Assembly (NCBI GenBank): GCA_963705885.1 | Contig: OY970120.1 | Span: 3,563,876 to 3,627,875 of the forward strand | Direction: 5' to 3' | Source: an uncultured Actinomycetota bacterium | GTDB taxonomy: Bacteria; Actinomycetota; Actinomycetes; JACCUZ01 | DNA length: 64,000 bases | Shown: positions 46,171 to 55,533 of the stretch, one piece after another | How positions within the stretch are numbered: position 1 is the stretch's first letter | Layout of the letters: every line of letters starts with the position of its first letter | Position numbers and translations under genes: made by a program | The notes under the pieces: generated by a model | Told to the model about the DNA's origin: nothing | The model's input: only the letters and a program-made list of their open reading frames with translations | The model's database searches: none

Positions 46171-46844
46171 GCGTCACCTCCTGCGAGCCCGACGCACCCT
46201 CGCCGTCGGACGAGCGCCGGCGGCAGCACCGCGGCGAGCCGGCGCAGGGCCCGGTGCAGCCGCGACTTGACCGTCCCCCGTGGCCAGCCCAGGACGGTGG
46301 ACGTCTCGGTCTCGTCGAGGTCGAGCAGGTAGCGGCAGGTCACGACGGCGCGGTGGGCCTCGGACAGTCCCGCCAGGCCGCGCACGAGCTCGGCCCGGCG
46401 CTCCGCCGACAGGGCGGCGGCCGCGGGGTCGTCGAGGTCGGCACCCGCCAGCAGCGGGCTGGTCCGCTCCCAGGCCGACCGCTCGCGCGCCGACCGGCGC
46501 CCTGCCGCCCGGTGCAGGTTGCGGGTCTCGTTCACGACGATGCGCAGCAGCCACGGCCGGAAGGGGGAACCCTGCCGGAACCGGCCCAGGGCGGCGTACG
46601 CCTTGACGAAGGCCTCCTGCACGACGTCCTCCGCGTCCGGTCCTGCGCCCAGCAGCGCGGCCGTGCGGACCGCGACCGGGGCATGGCGGGTCACCAGCTC
46701 CGCGTAGGCGTCGCGGTCACCCGCGCGCACCCGGGCCAGGACCTCTGCGTCGTCGTCGGACCGGATCGGGTCCCCGCTCCCTCCTGCCGTGCTCCCAGGA
46801 TGTCTACACCGGCGCGCGGGCCGCGGGTTCCCGCTTCCGGTCAC
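46128..46844 (-). CDS. ECF sigma factor
   Basis: AEDVVQEAFVKAYAALGRFRQGSPFRPWLLRIVVNETRN (region 2). AVVTCRYLLDLDETETSTVLGWPRGTVKSRLHRALRRL (region 4). Start uncertain. Confidence 0.8.
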   Translation of the reverse strand: MTGSGNPRPARRCRHPGSTAGGSGDPIRSDDDAEVLARVRAGDRDAYAELVTRHAPVAVRTAALLGAGPDAEDVVQEAFVKAYAALGRFRQGSPFRPWLLRIVVNETRNLHRAAGRRSARERSAWERTSPLLAGADLDDPAAAALSAERRAELVRGLAGLSEAHRAVVTCRYLLDLDETETSTVLGWPRGTVKSRLHRALRRLAAVLPPALVRRRGCVGLAGGDAWPLTGRTTCSPLT

Positions 46845-46857
46845 CGGCCGCGCGGCG

Positions 46858-47448
46858 TCAGCGAGCGGCGGCCTTCGCCCTGCCGCGCGACCGCGGGAGC
46901 TCGACCGGCTCCTGGGAGGCCTTCCACGCCGCGCGCGCCTCGTCCGTCGTCGGGTCGAAGTCGGCCTTCGTACGCCGGAACAGGTCCTGCAGGTCGGCCC
47001 ACAGCTGGTCGACCGACGGTCGGCCCCAGAACCAGTAGCCGCAGTAGACCTTGTCGATGACCAGGCCCGGCGCGAGCACCAGCGTGTGCGGCACGGTCGC
47101 CGCGTGGTGGGTGTCGGTGTACTCGTCGATCTCCAGCGCCCGCTGCACGGCGAGGTCGGCGTCGGACAGGAACGGCCACCAGGCGCCGGTCGCGATGCGC
47201 ATCTTGTTGGTGTCGTGCTGGTCGTTGGGCAGGATGGTCACCAGTGACGTGAACGCGACGGGCAGCAGCTCCTGCAGCCGCAGCAGCTCCTTGTGGTGCT
47301 GTCGCTCCCGCGGGCAGTGCTCGCCGCGTCCCAGCTGGAGCACGAGCGCGTCGTCGCCCTGCAGCTCGGAGAGCCGGCGCATCGTGCCGGTGTCGTCGGG
47401 CAGCTCGAAGTCGGGCAGCACGGCCCCGACGGTCAGTCCCTTGCTCAT
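46858..47448 (-). CDS. AhpC/TSA-like redoxin family protein (paralog of 38915-39454)
   Basis: LPDFELPDDTGTMRRLSEL ... LVLQLGRGEHCPRERQ ... YCGYWFWGRPSVDQLWADL parallels the other copy. Confidence 0.8.
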   Translation of the reverse strand: MSKGLTVGAVLPDFELPDDTGTMRRLSELQGDDALVLQLGRGEHCPRERQHHKELLRLQELLPVAFTSLVTILPNDQHDTNKMRIATGAWWPFLSDADLAVQRALEIDEYTDTHHAATVPHTLVLAPGLVIDKVYCGYWFWGRPSVDQLWADLQDLFRRTKADFDPTTDEARAAWKASQEPVELPRSRGRAKAAAR

Positions 47449-47461
47449 GGTGAGCCCTTCG

Positions 47462-49057
47462 CTAGGCCGAGGTCTTGTCGGCGGGTCGGATGCCGGCGAC
47501 GGAGAGCCGCAGCCGGTAGATGCTGGTCAGGGCGGTGACGTAGAGCGCGCGCCCGTCGGGGTCGCCCCACGCGAGGTTGTGCGGGTCCTCGGGGAGCCCG
47601 AGGGTGCCGAGGTGGGTGCCCTCGGGGGACAGCACCCAGACGCCACCGGGTCCACAGACGTAGAGGTTGCCGAGCTCGTCGACCTTGATGCCGTCGATCG
47701 CGTCGTCGCCCTCGGCGTCGGTCATGTCGAAGAGCACCTCGCCCGGCGACACGCGCCCGCCGGCGCCGACCTCGTAGCGCATGACGACCTTGTGGTCGTC
47801 GTCCCAGTTCCCGACGTAGAGGTAGCGCTCGTCGGGTGAGAACGCGAGGCCGTTGGGACCGGAGAGCGAGCCGTCGACGAGGAACACCTCGCCGTCGCGG
47901 ACCCCGAAGACGCCGCTGAACTGCAGCTCCTTCTTGGGGTCGTCGAAGGCCTTGGGCAGCCCGAACGGGGGGTCGGTGAAGTAGAGCGTGCCGTCCGAGC
48001 GGTAGACGAGGTCGTTGGGGCTGTTGAGCCGCTTGCCCTCGTACGAGTCGGCCATCACCGTGATGTTCCCGTGCGGCTCGACGCGCACCACGCGGCGGTT
48101 GCCGTGCTGGCAGATGGTGAGCCGCCCCTGCGGGTCGAACGTCAGGCCGTTCGACCCGGGCTGGTGGTAGAGCCCGATGTCGGTGCCGGTGTAGCCGCTG
48201 TGCGAGCGGAAGACGGTCACCTGGCCGGGCGGCGCCCACCGGTAGATCTGGTTGGTGTTGGGCGAGCTGAACAGCAGTGCGCCGTCATGGGCCCACACCG
48301 GGCCCTCGGTGAACTCGAAACCCCCGGCGACGCGCTCGAGCTCCGCGTCGGGCGGCAGCAGCGCGTCGAGGGCGTCGCTGGCCCGCACGACGTGCAGGTC
48401 GGCCGGCTCGCTGACCCTGGCCCGCGCCGGGGTGAAGAAGTCGAGGGTGGCGCTGCGCAGCCAGATGTAGTTGTGGGGGGCCGCCGAGATCGGGCCGTTG
48501 ATGCCGAACACGGCGATGTGGAAGGTCTGGCCGGGGGTGGCGTCGGTGGTCAGCACCACCCGGTTGGGGGCGTTGAACCCGGCGACCACCGGGCCGCCGC
48601 TGTCACCGATGGCCGCGGGCAGCCGCCCGTCGACCCACACCTCGGCGTAGTCGTCGATGACCACCTCGAAGACGACGGTGGCCCCGGTGGGGTCGAGGTC
48701 GCCGACGCGGTCGGGCACGGTCACGTCGAGCCGGTACCAGTTGACGCAGACGAGGCCGTTGCTCAGCCGGCGCTGGGTGTCCTCCGGGGCGAGGTGCTCC
48801 CAGCCGGAGTCGTCGAAGTCCGGCGACTCGGCGTGCGGCACGACGTCGTACGTCCGGTTGGGGCGGGTGCCGGGACCGAGCGGGTCCTCGGGCGACCCGA
48901 GCTCGACGAAGTCGACCTCCTCGATGCGGGCGTCGCTGTAGCGCCAGCGGGCGCCGACGAGTGCCGCGCCCTCGTCGGTCTGCAGGTCGACCACGGCGTC
49001 GGGGCGCCCGGGCAGCAGCTGCGGCGGGCTGGGCAGGGTGGGGGCGAGGCGGGCCAT
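47462..49057 (-). CDS. SMP-30/gluconolactonase/LRE family protein with ~250-aa N-terminal beta-sandwich-like domain
   Basis: The C-terminal ~290 aa read FTEGPVW ... SNGLTFDPQGRL ... NSPNDLVYRSDGTLYFTDP ... PNGLAFSPDERYLYV. The N-terminal part (WEHLAPED ... NWYRLDVTVP ... VVIDDYAEVWVDG) resembles a sugar-binding jelly-roll. Confidence 0.8.
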   Translation of the reverse strand: MARLAPTLPSPPQLLPGRPDAVVDLQTDEGAALVGARWRYSDARIEEVDFVELGSPEDPLGPGTRPNRTYDVVPHAESPDFDDSGWEHLAPEDTQRRLSNGLVCVNWYRLDVTVPDRVGDLDPTGATVVFEVVIDDYAEVWVDGRLPAAIGDSGGPVVAGFNAPNRVVLTTDATPGQTFHIAVFGINGPISAAPHNYIWLRSATLDFFTPARARVSEPADLHVVRASDALDALLPPDAELERVAGGFEFTEGPVWAHDGALLFSSPNTNQIYRWAPPGQVTVFRSHSGYTGTDIGLYHQPGSNGLTFDPQGRLTICQHGNRRVVRVEPHGNITVMADSYEGKRLNSPNDLVYRSDGTLYFTDPPFGLPKAFDDPKKELQFSGVFGVRDGEVFLVDGSLSGPNGLAFSPDERYLYVGNWDDDHKVVMRYEVGAGGRVSPGEVLFDMTDAEGDDAIDGIKVDELGNLYVCGPGGVWVLSPEGTHLGTLGLPEDPHNLAWGDPDGRALYVTALTSIYRLRLSVAGIRPADKTSA

Positions 49058-49058
49058 G

Positions 49059-50288
49059 TCAGGACTCCACCTTCGCCACGAAGTAGAGGAAGGGGTCCGA
49101 GACGTCGACGAACTGGTGCGGGACGCCGGCGGGCACGACGAGGACGTCGCCCTCCGAGAGCTGGTGCTCGGTGCCGCCGTCGATCGACGCCGCCCGCAGC
49201 TCGCCGGGGCCGACGCCGCGCGGCTCGCGCAGGGCGCCGCCGGTGACCACGGTGGCCTTGCCCTCGACGACGTGCATGATGTCGGCGACCGTCTCGTGGT
49301 ACTCCACCTCGCCGGGTGCCTCGCGGCGGCCCGCGTCGACCTTGTAGCGGCGGTCGTCGAGGAGCAGCCCGCCGGTGGCGAAGCGCTCGCGCACCTGCTG
49401 GCTCGGGAAGAAGACGGCGTCGGCCGAGGCGGACGCGGACAGTGCCGCCTCGAGGGACGCGACGCCGATCCCGGCCAGCTCCTGGTCCTCGTCGGCGGAC
49501 GAGGCGCCGCTGACCCCGACGGCGCCCACGACGTGCCCGTCGACGGTCAGCGGCAGCCCGCCCTGGAGCGGCACGGCGCCGGCCAGGTGCAGGGCGGAGG
49601 GCCGCCCGTTGGTCGCCTGCTCCTCGAAGTCCTTGCTGGGCCGCCGGAACAGCGCCGCGGTCCGCGCCTTGTCCGTGGCGACGCCGACGCTCGCGACCTG
49701 CGCGGCGTCCGGGCGGGCGATGGCCATGAGCTCGCCGCCGGTGTCGACGACGGCGACGACGGGCGCGACACCGCGCTCGGTCGAGACGCCGTCGACCGCG
49801 TCGGCGACGAGCCGTGCGGCGGCGGAGGTCAGCGCCGGGACCTCGACGGTGGTGAACGTGGCGGCCGCTCCCGCGATCGAGACCGCCTCGTCGGCGTCGG
49901 TCGTCTCGCCGCTGGTGCCGATCGCGCCGACGACCTCGCCGTCCACCGTGAGGGGGATCCCCCCGATGAGGGCGCGGGCGCCGTGCAGGGCGAGCGCGCC
50001 GAGCCGGCCGCTGGTCACCTGCTCCTCCAGCACGCGGCTGGGCCGGACGAAGATCGCGGCGGTGCGTGCCTTGTCGATGGCGACCTGGTCGCTGGCGGGC
50101 TGCGCCTCGGGCGTCCGGCGCAGTGCCAGAACGCGACCGGAGGCGTCGACGACGACGATGACGACGCGCTGGCCGCCGTCGAGGGCGAAGCGCTCCGCGG
50201 CGGCGACGACGGCGTCGACGCCCTCGGGCGTGAGGACGTGGCGGGTCCGGACGAGGGACGTGGGGGGGCGGGTGGTCTGCTGGGTCAT
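49059..50288 (-). CDS. Tandem GlcG/HbpS-like (DUF336) domains fused to a C-terminal cupin
   Basis: Two copies of the AIDKARTAA.F / ATDKARTAALF-type motif, each followed by GG(I/L)PL. The C-terminus reads HETVADIMHVVEGKATVVTGG ... DVLVVPAGVPHQF. Start at MTQQTTRPP. Confidence 0.75.
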   Translation of the reverse strand: MTQQTTRPPTSLVRTRHVLTPEGVDAVVAAAERFALDGGQRVVIVVVDASGRVLALRRTPEAQPASDQVAIDKARTAAIFVRPSRVLEEQVTSGRLGALALHGARALIGGIPLTVDGEVVGAIGTSGETTDADEAVSIAGAAATFTTVEVPALTSAAARLVADAVDGVSTERGVAPVVAVVDTGGELMAIARPDAAQVASVGVATDKARTAALFRRPSKDFEEQATNGRPSALHLAGAVPLQGGLPLTVDGHVVGAVGVSGASSADEDQELAGIGVASLEAALSASASADAVFFPSQQVRERFATGGLLLDDRRYKVDAGRREAPGEVEYHETVADIMHVVEGKATVVTGGALREPRGVGPGELRAASIDGGTEHQLSEGDVLVVPAGVPHQFVDVSDPFLYFVAKVES

Positions 50289-50293
50289 GGCGG

Positions 50294-51271
50294 TCAGGCT
50301 CCGTGCGTGTCGAGGACAGCGGCCCAGACGGCCGTGTCGTTGGTGATGAAGAGGACCCGGCGCCCGGGCCCCCCGAAGGTGAAGTTCACGGCCCCGGGCA
50401 CGTCGATCTGCCCGAGCAGGTCTCCCTCTGGGGAGAGCACCTGCACGCCGGAGAACGACGAGACGTAGACCCGACCGGCAGCATCGACGGTGATGCCGTC
50501 GGGGAAGCCCGGTGTGGTCACCGCGAAGAGCCGCCGGTTGGCGAGGTGGCGTCCGTCGGCGGTCACGTCGAACGCCACGACGTGGTGCGGCCGGTCGACG
50601 TGATAGCTGCCGGGCTCCTGGTTCGCACCGCTGTCCGTGACGTAGAGCGTGCGGTGGTCGGGCGAGAACGCGATGCCGTTTGGCTTGTCGAACGAGTCGT
50701 CGACGACGTCTGTGACGCCGGTCTCCGGGTCGGAGCGGTAGACGAAGTCGCCGGTCGAGGGCGGCGGCCGGAAGCCCTGGAGCCACCCGTAGGACGGGTC
50801 GGTGAACCACACCGACCCGTCGGGGTGCACGACGACGTCGTTGGGCGAGGACAGGGGCAGCCCTCGCCAGCCGGTCACGAGCGCGGTCGTGCGCCCGGTC
50901 GAGGGCACCACCCGGCTGATCCGGGCGCCGCGGGTCATCGAGCCCTGCTCGCAGACGAGCAGGGCGCCGTCGGCCGCCACGGTCATCCCGTTCGCGGCGA
51001 CCGTGTCCGCGGGCACGACCGAGACGTCCGCCGCCGACCGCGGGAAGCAGGTCCCGTCCAGCTGGAGCCGCTTGATGTGCACCCGGCCGAGGAGGGGTCG
51101 GGACGTGAAGTACAGCGCGTCCTCGGCGGGCGCGTAGACCGGGCCCTCGTGGGCGTCGACGTCCGCGACGAGGCGCAGGCCGGGGCTGTCGCCGAGGACC
51201 TCGCGGAAGGCGGTGTCGTACGTCGTGAAGCCGGTCTCGCCCCGCGCGACCCTCGCGAGCGCTGGGCTCAT
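50294..51271 (-). CDS. SMP-30/gluconolactonase/LRE family protein
   Basis: HEGPVY ... ANGMTV ... SSPNDVVVHPDGSVWFTDPSYG ... PNGIAFSPDHRTLYVTD ... PDGITVD. Its ATG overlaps the GMC stop (ATGA). Confidence 0.85.
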   Translation of the reverse strand: MSPALARVARGETGFTTYDTAFREVLGDSPGLRLVADVDAHEGPVYAPAEDALYFTSRPLLGRVHIKRLQLDGTCFPRSAADVSVVPADTVAANGMTVAADGALLVCEQGSMTRGARISRVVPSTGRTTALVTGWRGLPLSSPNDVVVHPDGSVWFTDPSYGWLQGFRPPPSTGDFVYRSDPETGVTDVVDDSFDKPNGIAFSPDHRTLYVTDSGANQEPGSYHVDRPHHVVAFDVTADGRHLANRRLFAVTTPGFPDGITVDAAGRVYVSSFSGVQVLSPEGDLLGQIDVPGAVNFTFGGPGRRVLFITNDTAVWAAVLDTHGA

Positions 51272-52887
51272 CACCTCGACACCGCGGCCGCCACCGGCGG
51301 CCCCTGCTGCGGCAGCTCGACCCGCTCGGATCCGAGGGTGCTCGCGCCGAGCCGGGACGCGACAGTCTCCGCCACGCGCAGGGCGTTCGCGATGATCGTG
51401 AGCGTCGGGTTCACCGCGGTGCTCGACACGAAGAAGCTCGAGTCCGCGACGTAGACGTTGTCGACCTCGTGCAGCTTGCAGTCCAGGTCCAGGGCCGAGG
51501 TGGCCGGGTCGGTGCCGAAGCGCACAGTGCCGTTCTGGTGCGCGACGCCGGCGAGACCCAGCCGGCCGCCGACGTACGAGAGGTTCTCGTAGACGTCGGC
51601 GCGGCACTGCATCGCCGACAGCAGTGACTCGAACTTCGCCCGCAGCCGCTGGTGCGCCTCGAGGTTGGTCGGGGTGTAGCGGAGGCTGATCGCGCCGTCG
51701 GCGTCGACCGTCACCCGGTTGTCCGGCAGCGGCAGGTCCTCGGTCGTCAGCCAGAAGTCCAGCGCGTGCCGGGCCACCTCGGCCGGGTCCGCGGCGTCCT
51801 TGACGTCGAAGCCGATGAGCGTTGCGTCGCTCTTGCCGAGCATCTGCATCGCGCCGAGCGGGAACCCCCAGTCGTTGTCCTCGTCGCCGAAGTAGAAGTC
51901 GTTGATGCCCAGCGTCTTCTGGAACTTCGTCGGGTTGGGCATTCTCGAGAACGCGATCAGGGACGAGTTGTTGTGCAGCATGAGGTTCCGGCCGACCAGG
52001 CCGGACCCGTTGCCGAGGCCGTCGGGGTGCGCGTCGCTCGCCGACCGGAGCAGCAGCGCGGCGGAGTTGATGGCCCCGCCCGCCACGACGACGACGTCCG
52101 CCGAGTAGCGCTCCTCGGCGCCGTCACGCTCGACCACGACACCGGTGACCGTCCGGCCGGACGCGTCGGTCTCCAGCCGGGTCACGACGGAGTTGGTCCG
52201 CAGCGTGACGTTGGGGTGGCGCAGGGCGGGCTCGACCGCGATCACCGCGGCGTCGGCCTTGCCGTTGGTCGGGCAGGCGTAGCCGTCGCACGTCGCGCAG
52301 CGGATGCAGGCCGACTTCCACGGCGCCGCCTCGTCCATGAGGATGCCGTTGGGGAGCGGGAACGGGTTCAGTCCCGCGGCGCGGAGGTCGTCGGAGAGCT
52401 GCTGGATGCGGGGCTCGTGACTGATGGCCGGGAACGGGTAGGGCACCGAGGCCGGCGGCTCGGTCGGGTCCGTCCCCCGCTCGCCGTGCACCTGGTAGAG
52501 CCGCTCCGCCCGGTCGTACCACGGGTCGAGGTCGGCGTAGGAGATCGGCCAGGCGGGCGAGATGCCGTCGACGTGACGGATCTCGTCGAAGTCGCGCTCA
52601 CGGAAGCGGAAGAGGATCGCGCCGTAGACCTTGGTGTTGCCACCCACGTAGTAGTGCTGCTTGGGCGTGAACGTCTTGCCGGTCGCGGCGTCGGTCCACT
52701 TGCCGGAGTTGGCGTAGCGCTTGTCGATCCACACGGCCTGGGAGTCCCAGTTCTCGGGCTCCCTGGGCATCCAGTCGCCGCGCTCCAGCAGCAGCACCCG
52801 CTTGCCGGTCGGGGCGAGCGCACGCGTCAGCGTGCCGCCGCCTGCGCCGGAGCCGATGACGATGACGTCGTAGTGGTCGCTTGCCAT
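51271..52887 (-). CDS. GMC family oxidoreductase
   Basis: HYDVIVIGSGAGGGT is the FAD-binding motif. Also VVVAGGAINSAALLLRS and a C-terminal NPTLTIIANALR. Confidence 0.9.
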   Translation of the reverse strand: MASDHYDVIVIGSGAGGGTLTRALAPTGKRVLLLERGDWMPREPENWDSQAVWIDKRYANSGKWTDAATGKTFTPKQHYYVGGNTKVYGAILFRFRERDFDEIRHVDGISPAWPISYADLDPWYDRAERLYQVHGERGTDPTEPPASVPYPFPAISHEPRIQQLSDDLRAAGLNPFPLPNGILMDEAAPWKSACIRCATCDGYACPTNGKADAAVIAVEPALRHPNVTLRTNSVVTRLETDASGRTVTGVVVERDGAEERYSADVVVVAGGAINSAALLLRSASDAHPDGLGNGSGLVGRNLMLHNNSSLIAFSRMPNPTKFQKTLGINDFYFGDEDNDWGFPLGAMQMLGKSDATLIGFDVKDAADPAEVARHALDFWLTTEDLPLPDNRVTVDADGAISLRYTPTNLEAHQRLRAKFESLLSAMQCRADVYENLSYVGGRLGLAGVAHQNGTVRFGTDPATSALDLDCKLHEVDNVYVADSSFFVSSTAVNPTLTIIANALRVAETVASRLGASTLGSERVELPQQGPPVAAAVSR

Positions 52888-52939
52888 GGTGGCCCCCTGG
52901 GGGATCGAGCAGGAGAGGTACGGACGGTGTGCGCGGTCG

Positions 52940-53875
52940 TCAGACGATCGCGAGCGGCGCGATCCACGCCCCGGTGGCGCCGCGCAGCTTGGCGTGGGAG
53001 ATGACGAGGAGGAACTCGTGGACGGAGGCGGCTGCGAGGTCGGCGAGCCGCAGGTTCTCGACGACGACGACACCGTGGTGGGTGTTCAGCGTCTGCGGGA
53101 CGACGAACGGCCGGGCCGGGTCCTCGGCCGGGACGGGCCCGTAGCTCCACGTGTCGCAGCCCGTCAGGGCGACCCGCTCGTCGACAAGGCGGGCAGCCAG
53201 GTCCATCCCCGGCCCGGGCTCGCCGCGACCGTAGCGGTCGTTGTCGATCCCCCACAGCGAGCCCCAGCCGGTGTGGAACAGCACCGCGTCACCTGGCCGG
53301 ATCTCGAGGCCGTGCGCGCGCAGCGCGGCCTCGGCGTCCGCGGGCGTGATGACGTAGCCGGGCTGCAGCCGCTCCACGCCGCGCAGGGCCGCGATGTCGA
53401 GCATGAGCCCGCGCGTCACGACCTGCGGGAGCGTGTCGACGCCGAGACGGCTGGTGCCGTGCTCCTCGACGATGTCTGCGAGCCGGAAGCCGTTGTACGT
53501 GCGGTCGCCGACCTGGAGGTGGTTCAGCGCGTCGAGGTGGGTGCCCATCTGCTGGGTGGCCGTGACCTGCTCGACCACCCAGTTGACGTTGTTGCGGCCC
53601 CAGCCGTCGGGTCCCGCATCGGGCCGACGCCGGTTGACCTGGTGGGCGCTGGTGGTGAGGTACTGGCGGAAGGTGCGCCCGGGGAAGGCCGGGATGTCGG
53701 CGTGCAGGACGTGGGCGAGGTCGTGGACCTCGCCCCTGCGGACGAGGGACACCGCCTCGAGCACCTTCGCCGGCGTGATCTCGTTGAGGGCGCCCGCCTG
53801 GTCCTCGGGGCCGTAGCGGGACGGCCACCACCGCTCCACCTGCCCGGGGACCCCGACGGGGGAGGTGAGGGTCAT
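52940..53875 (-). CDS. Cyclase family protein (kynurenine formamidase-like fold)
   Basis: MGTHLDALNH metal-binding motif, GDAVLFHTGW, and VVVENL. Its ATG overlaps the SDR stop. Confidence 0.85.
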   Translation of the reverse strand: MTLTSPVGVPGQVERWWPSRYGPEDQAGALNEITPAKVLEAVSLVRRGEVHDLAHVLHADIPAFPGRTFRQYLTTSAHQVNRRRPDAGPDGWGRNNVNWVVEQVTATQQMGTHLDALNHLQVGDRTYNGFRLADIVEEHGTSRLGVDTLPQVVTRGLMLDIAALRGVERLQPGYVITPADAEAALRAHGLEIRPGDAVLFHTGWGSLWGIDNDRYGRGEPGPGMDLAARLVDERVALTGCDTWSYGPVPAEDPARPFVVPQTLNTHHGVVVVENLRLADLAAASVHEFLLVISHAKLRGATGAWIAPLAIV

Positions 53876-54693
53876 TCGCTGGACCAGGACGTCTCGAACG
53901 ACGGGTAGAGCGTGAGGCCACCGTCGACGAACAGCGTCTGGCCGGTGATGTAGAGCGCCTCGTCGGAGCACAGGAAGGCCACCGCGGCGGCCATCTCCTC
54001 GGAGTCCCCCGCGCGGCGCATCGGGATGTGCTTCTCGACCGCCTCCCGCTTCACCGGGTCGTCGATCCACGCGCGGTTGATCGGGGTGATCGTGGCGCCC
54101 GGGCCGATGCCGTTGACCCGGATCCCGTGCGCGGCGTACTCGAGCGCGAGCGTACGGGTCAGGTTCTGCATGCCGCCCTTGGACACCGAGTAGCCGAGGA
54201 ACCGCGGCTTGGGGATGACCTGGTGCACGCTCGAGACGTTGACGATGGAGCCTCCGCGGCCGGAGTCGAGGAAGTGCCGGACCGCCTGCTGGGCGCTCAG
54301 GAACGAGCCGCGCAGGTTGACGGCGAGGACCTTGTCGAAGTCGGCTGCCGAGAGCTTCTCGGTGTCCTCCGCGATCTGGATCCCGGCGTTGTTGATGAGG
54401 TAGTCGATGCGGCCGTACTCGTCGAGGACCTCGGCGAACATCGACGCGACCTGCGCCTCGTCGGAGACGTCCGCCGCGACGAGGATCGGCCGGGTGCCGC
54501 CCTCGGCCATCTGCTTCATGCAGACGTCGACGCCCTCCTGGATGGCCTCCTTGGTCTCCTCCGCGCCGTCGGGCCGGCCGACGTAGTTGATCGCCACGTC
54601 GACGCCCTCCTGGCCCAGCCGGATGGCGATGGCCTGGCCGATGCCCGAGCTGCCGCCGGTGACGACGGCGACCTTGCCCGCAAGACCCTTCAT
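53872..54693 (-). CDS. SDR family oxidoreductase (glucose 1-dehydrogenase-like)
   Basis: VTGGSSGIGQAI, NNAG, the catalytic Y-x3-K (YSVSK), and PGATITP. GAGGAGAA lies upstream of the ATG. Confidence 0.9.
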   Translation of the reverse strand: MKGLAGKVAVVTGGSSGIGQAIAIRLGQEGVDVAINYVGRPDGAEETKEAIQEGVDVCMKQMAEGGTRPILVAADVSDEAQVASMFAEVLDEYGRIDYLINNAGIQIAEDTEKLSAADFDKVLAVNLRGSFLSAQQAVRHFLDSGRGGSIVNVSSVHQVIPKPRFLGYSVSKGGMQNLTRTLALEYAAHGIRVNGIGPGATITPINRAWIDDPVKREAVEKHIPMRRAGDSEEMAAAVAFLCSDEALYITGQTLFVDGGLTLYPSFETSWSSE

Positions 54694-55391
54694 GTGGTTC
54701 TCCTCGTGTGAGTGCGTGCCTGGTGGATGAGGTCCCGGCCGGCCCGGAAGAAGGCCAGCGCGTCCTCGGGTGAGTCGACGTCCTCGATGGTGCGGTAGGC
54801 GCCGAAGGGCGCGTTCCAGAACTCGTCCTGCACCGGGGGCCCCTCGTGCGGGCCGACGTAGAGGTAGGGCAGCTCGATCGCGGCGTCCCCGGGCGAGACG
54901 CCGTAGTTCACCTCGGCGGCGGTCATCCCCAGGTCGAAGTGCTCGGGGTAGATCCACGCGTCGCCGGGCGCGTCCTGCACGAGCGCGCCCGCCAGCGCCG
55001 CGAGCGCGTCGGCGCCGAGCGCGAACCAGCCGGCCAGGACCGCGGCGGACGCGGCGTCCACCGGCAGCCGGGCGTCGGGCTCGAACGGCGTGGCGGGCGG
55101 GTGCTTGGTCCACGGGAAGCCGGCCACCGTGCCGGCGAGGTGCGCGGCGTGCGCGACCGTGGTGAGCGGGGCTCGCCGCACGCCGCTGGCCGTCGTCACC
55201 GTCATCTCGGTGCCCTCGACCGCGAGGACGCGGCCGTCGGGCAGCGGCGGGGTCCGGAAGCCGCCAGGCGCCGGCTCCAGCGCGATGTGCCCGGTGGCGG
55301 TCTTGAGCGCCGCGCTCAGCACGTGCTCGGCCACCCGGTGCAGCGAGGTGCGGGTCTCGACCAGCAGGGACGTCGGGGGGAGCTCCGGCAT
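54690..55391 (-). CDS. Hypothetical protein, first gene of the array
   Basis: 233 aa from MPELPPTSLLVE, with a 4-nt overlap with the SDR start. No family recognised. Confidence 0.55.
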   Translation of the reverse strand: MPELPPTSLLVETRTSLHRVAEHVLSAALKTATGHIALEPAPGGFRTPPLPDGRVLAVEGTEMTVTTASGVRRAPLTTVAHAAHLAGTVAGFPWTKHPPATPFEPDARLPVDAASAAVLAGWFALGADALAALAGALVQDAPGDAWIYPEHFDLGMTAAEVNYGVSPGDAAIELPYLYVGPHEGPPVQDEFWNAPFGAYRTIEDVDSPEDALAFFRAGRDLIHQARTHTRRTT

Positions 55392-55533
55392 GCCCCCACT
55401 GTCTCCCCAGACCCCTCTGCGTTTCACCACGCCGGCCGTCGACCCGCTGCCTGTCCGCTCCCGGCGTAGCCGAGGGCCTGGCATCCGGCCGGGCCGCGAG
55501 GTGTGCTGGTGGACGTCGACCGTGGAGGCAGGG

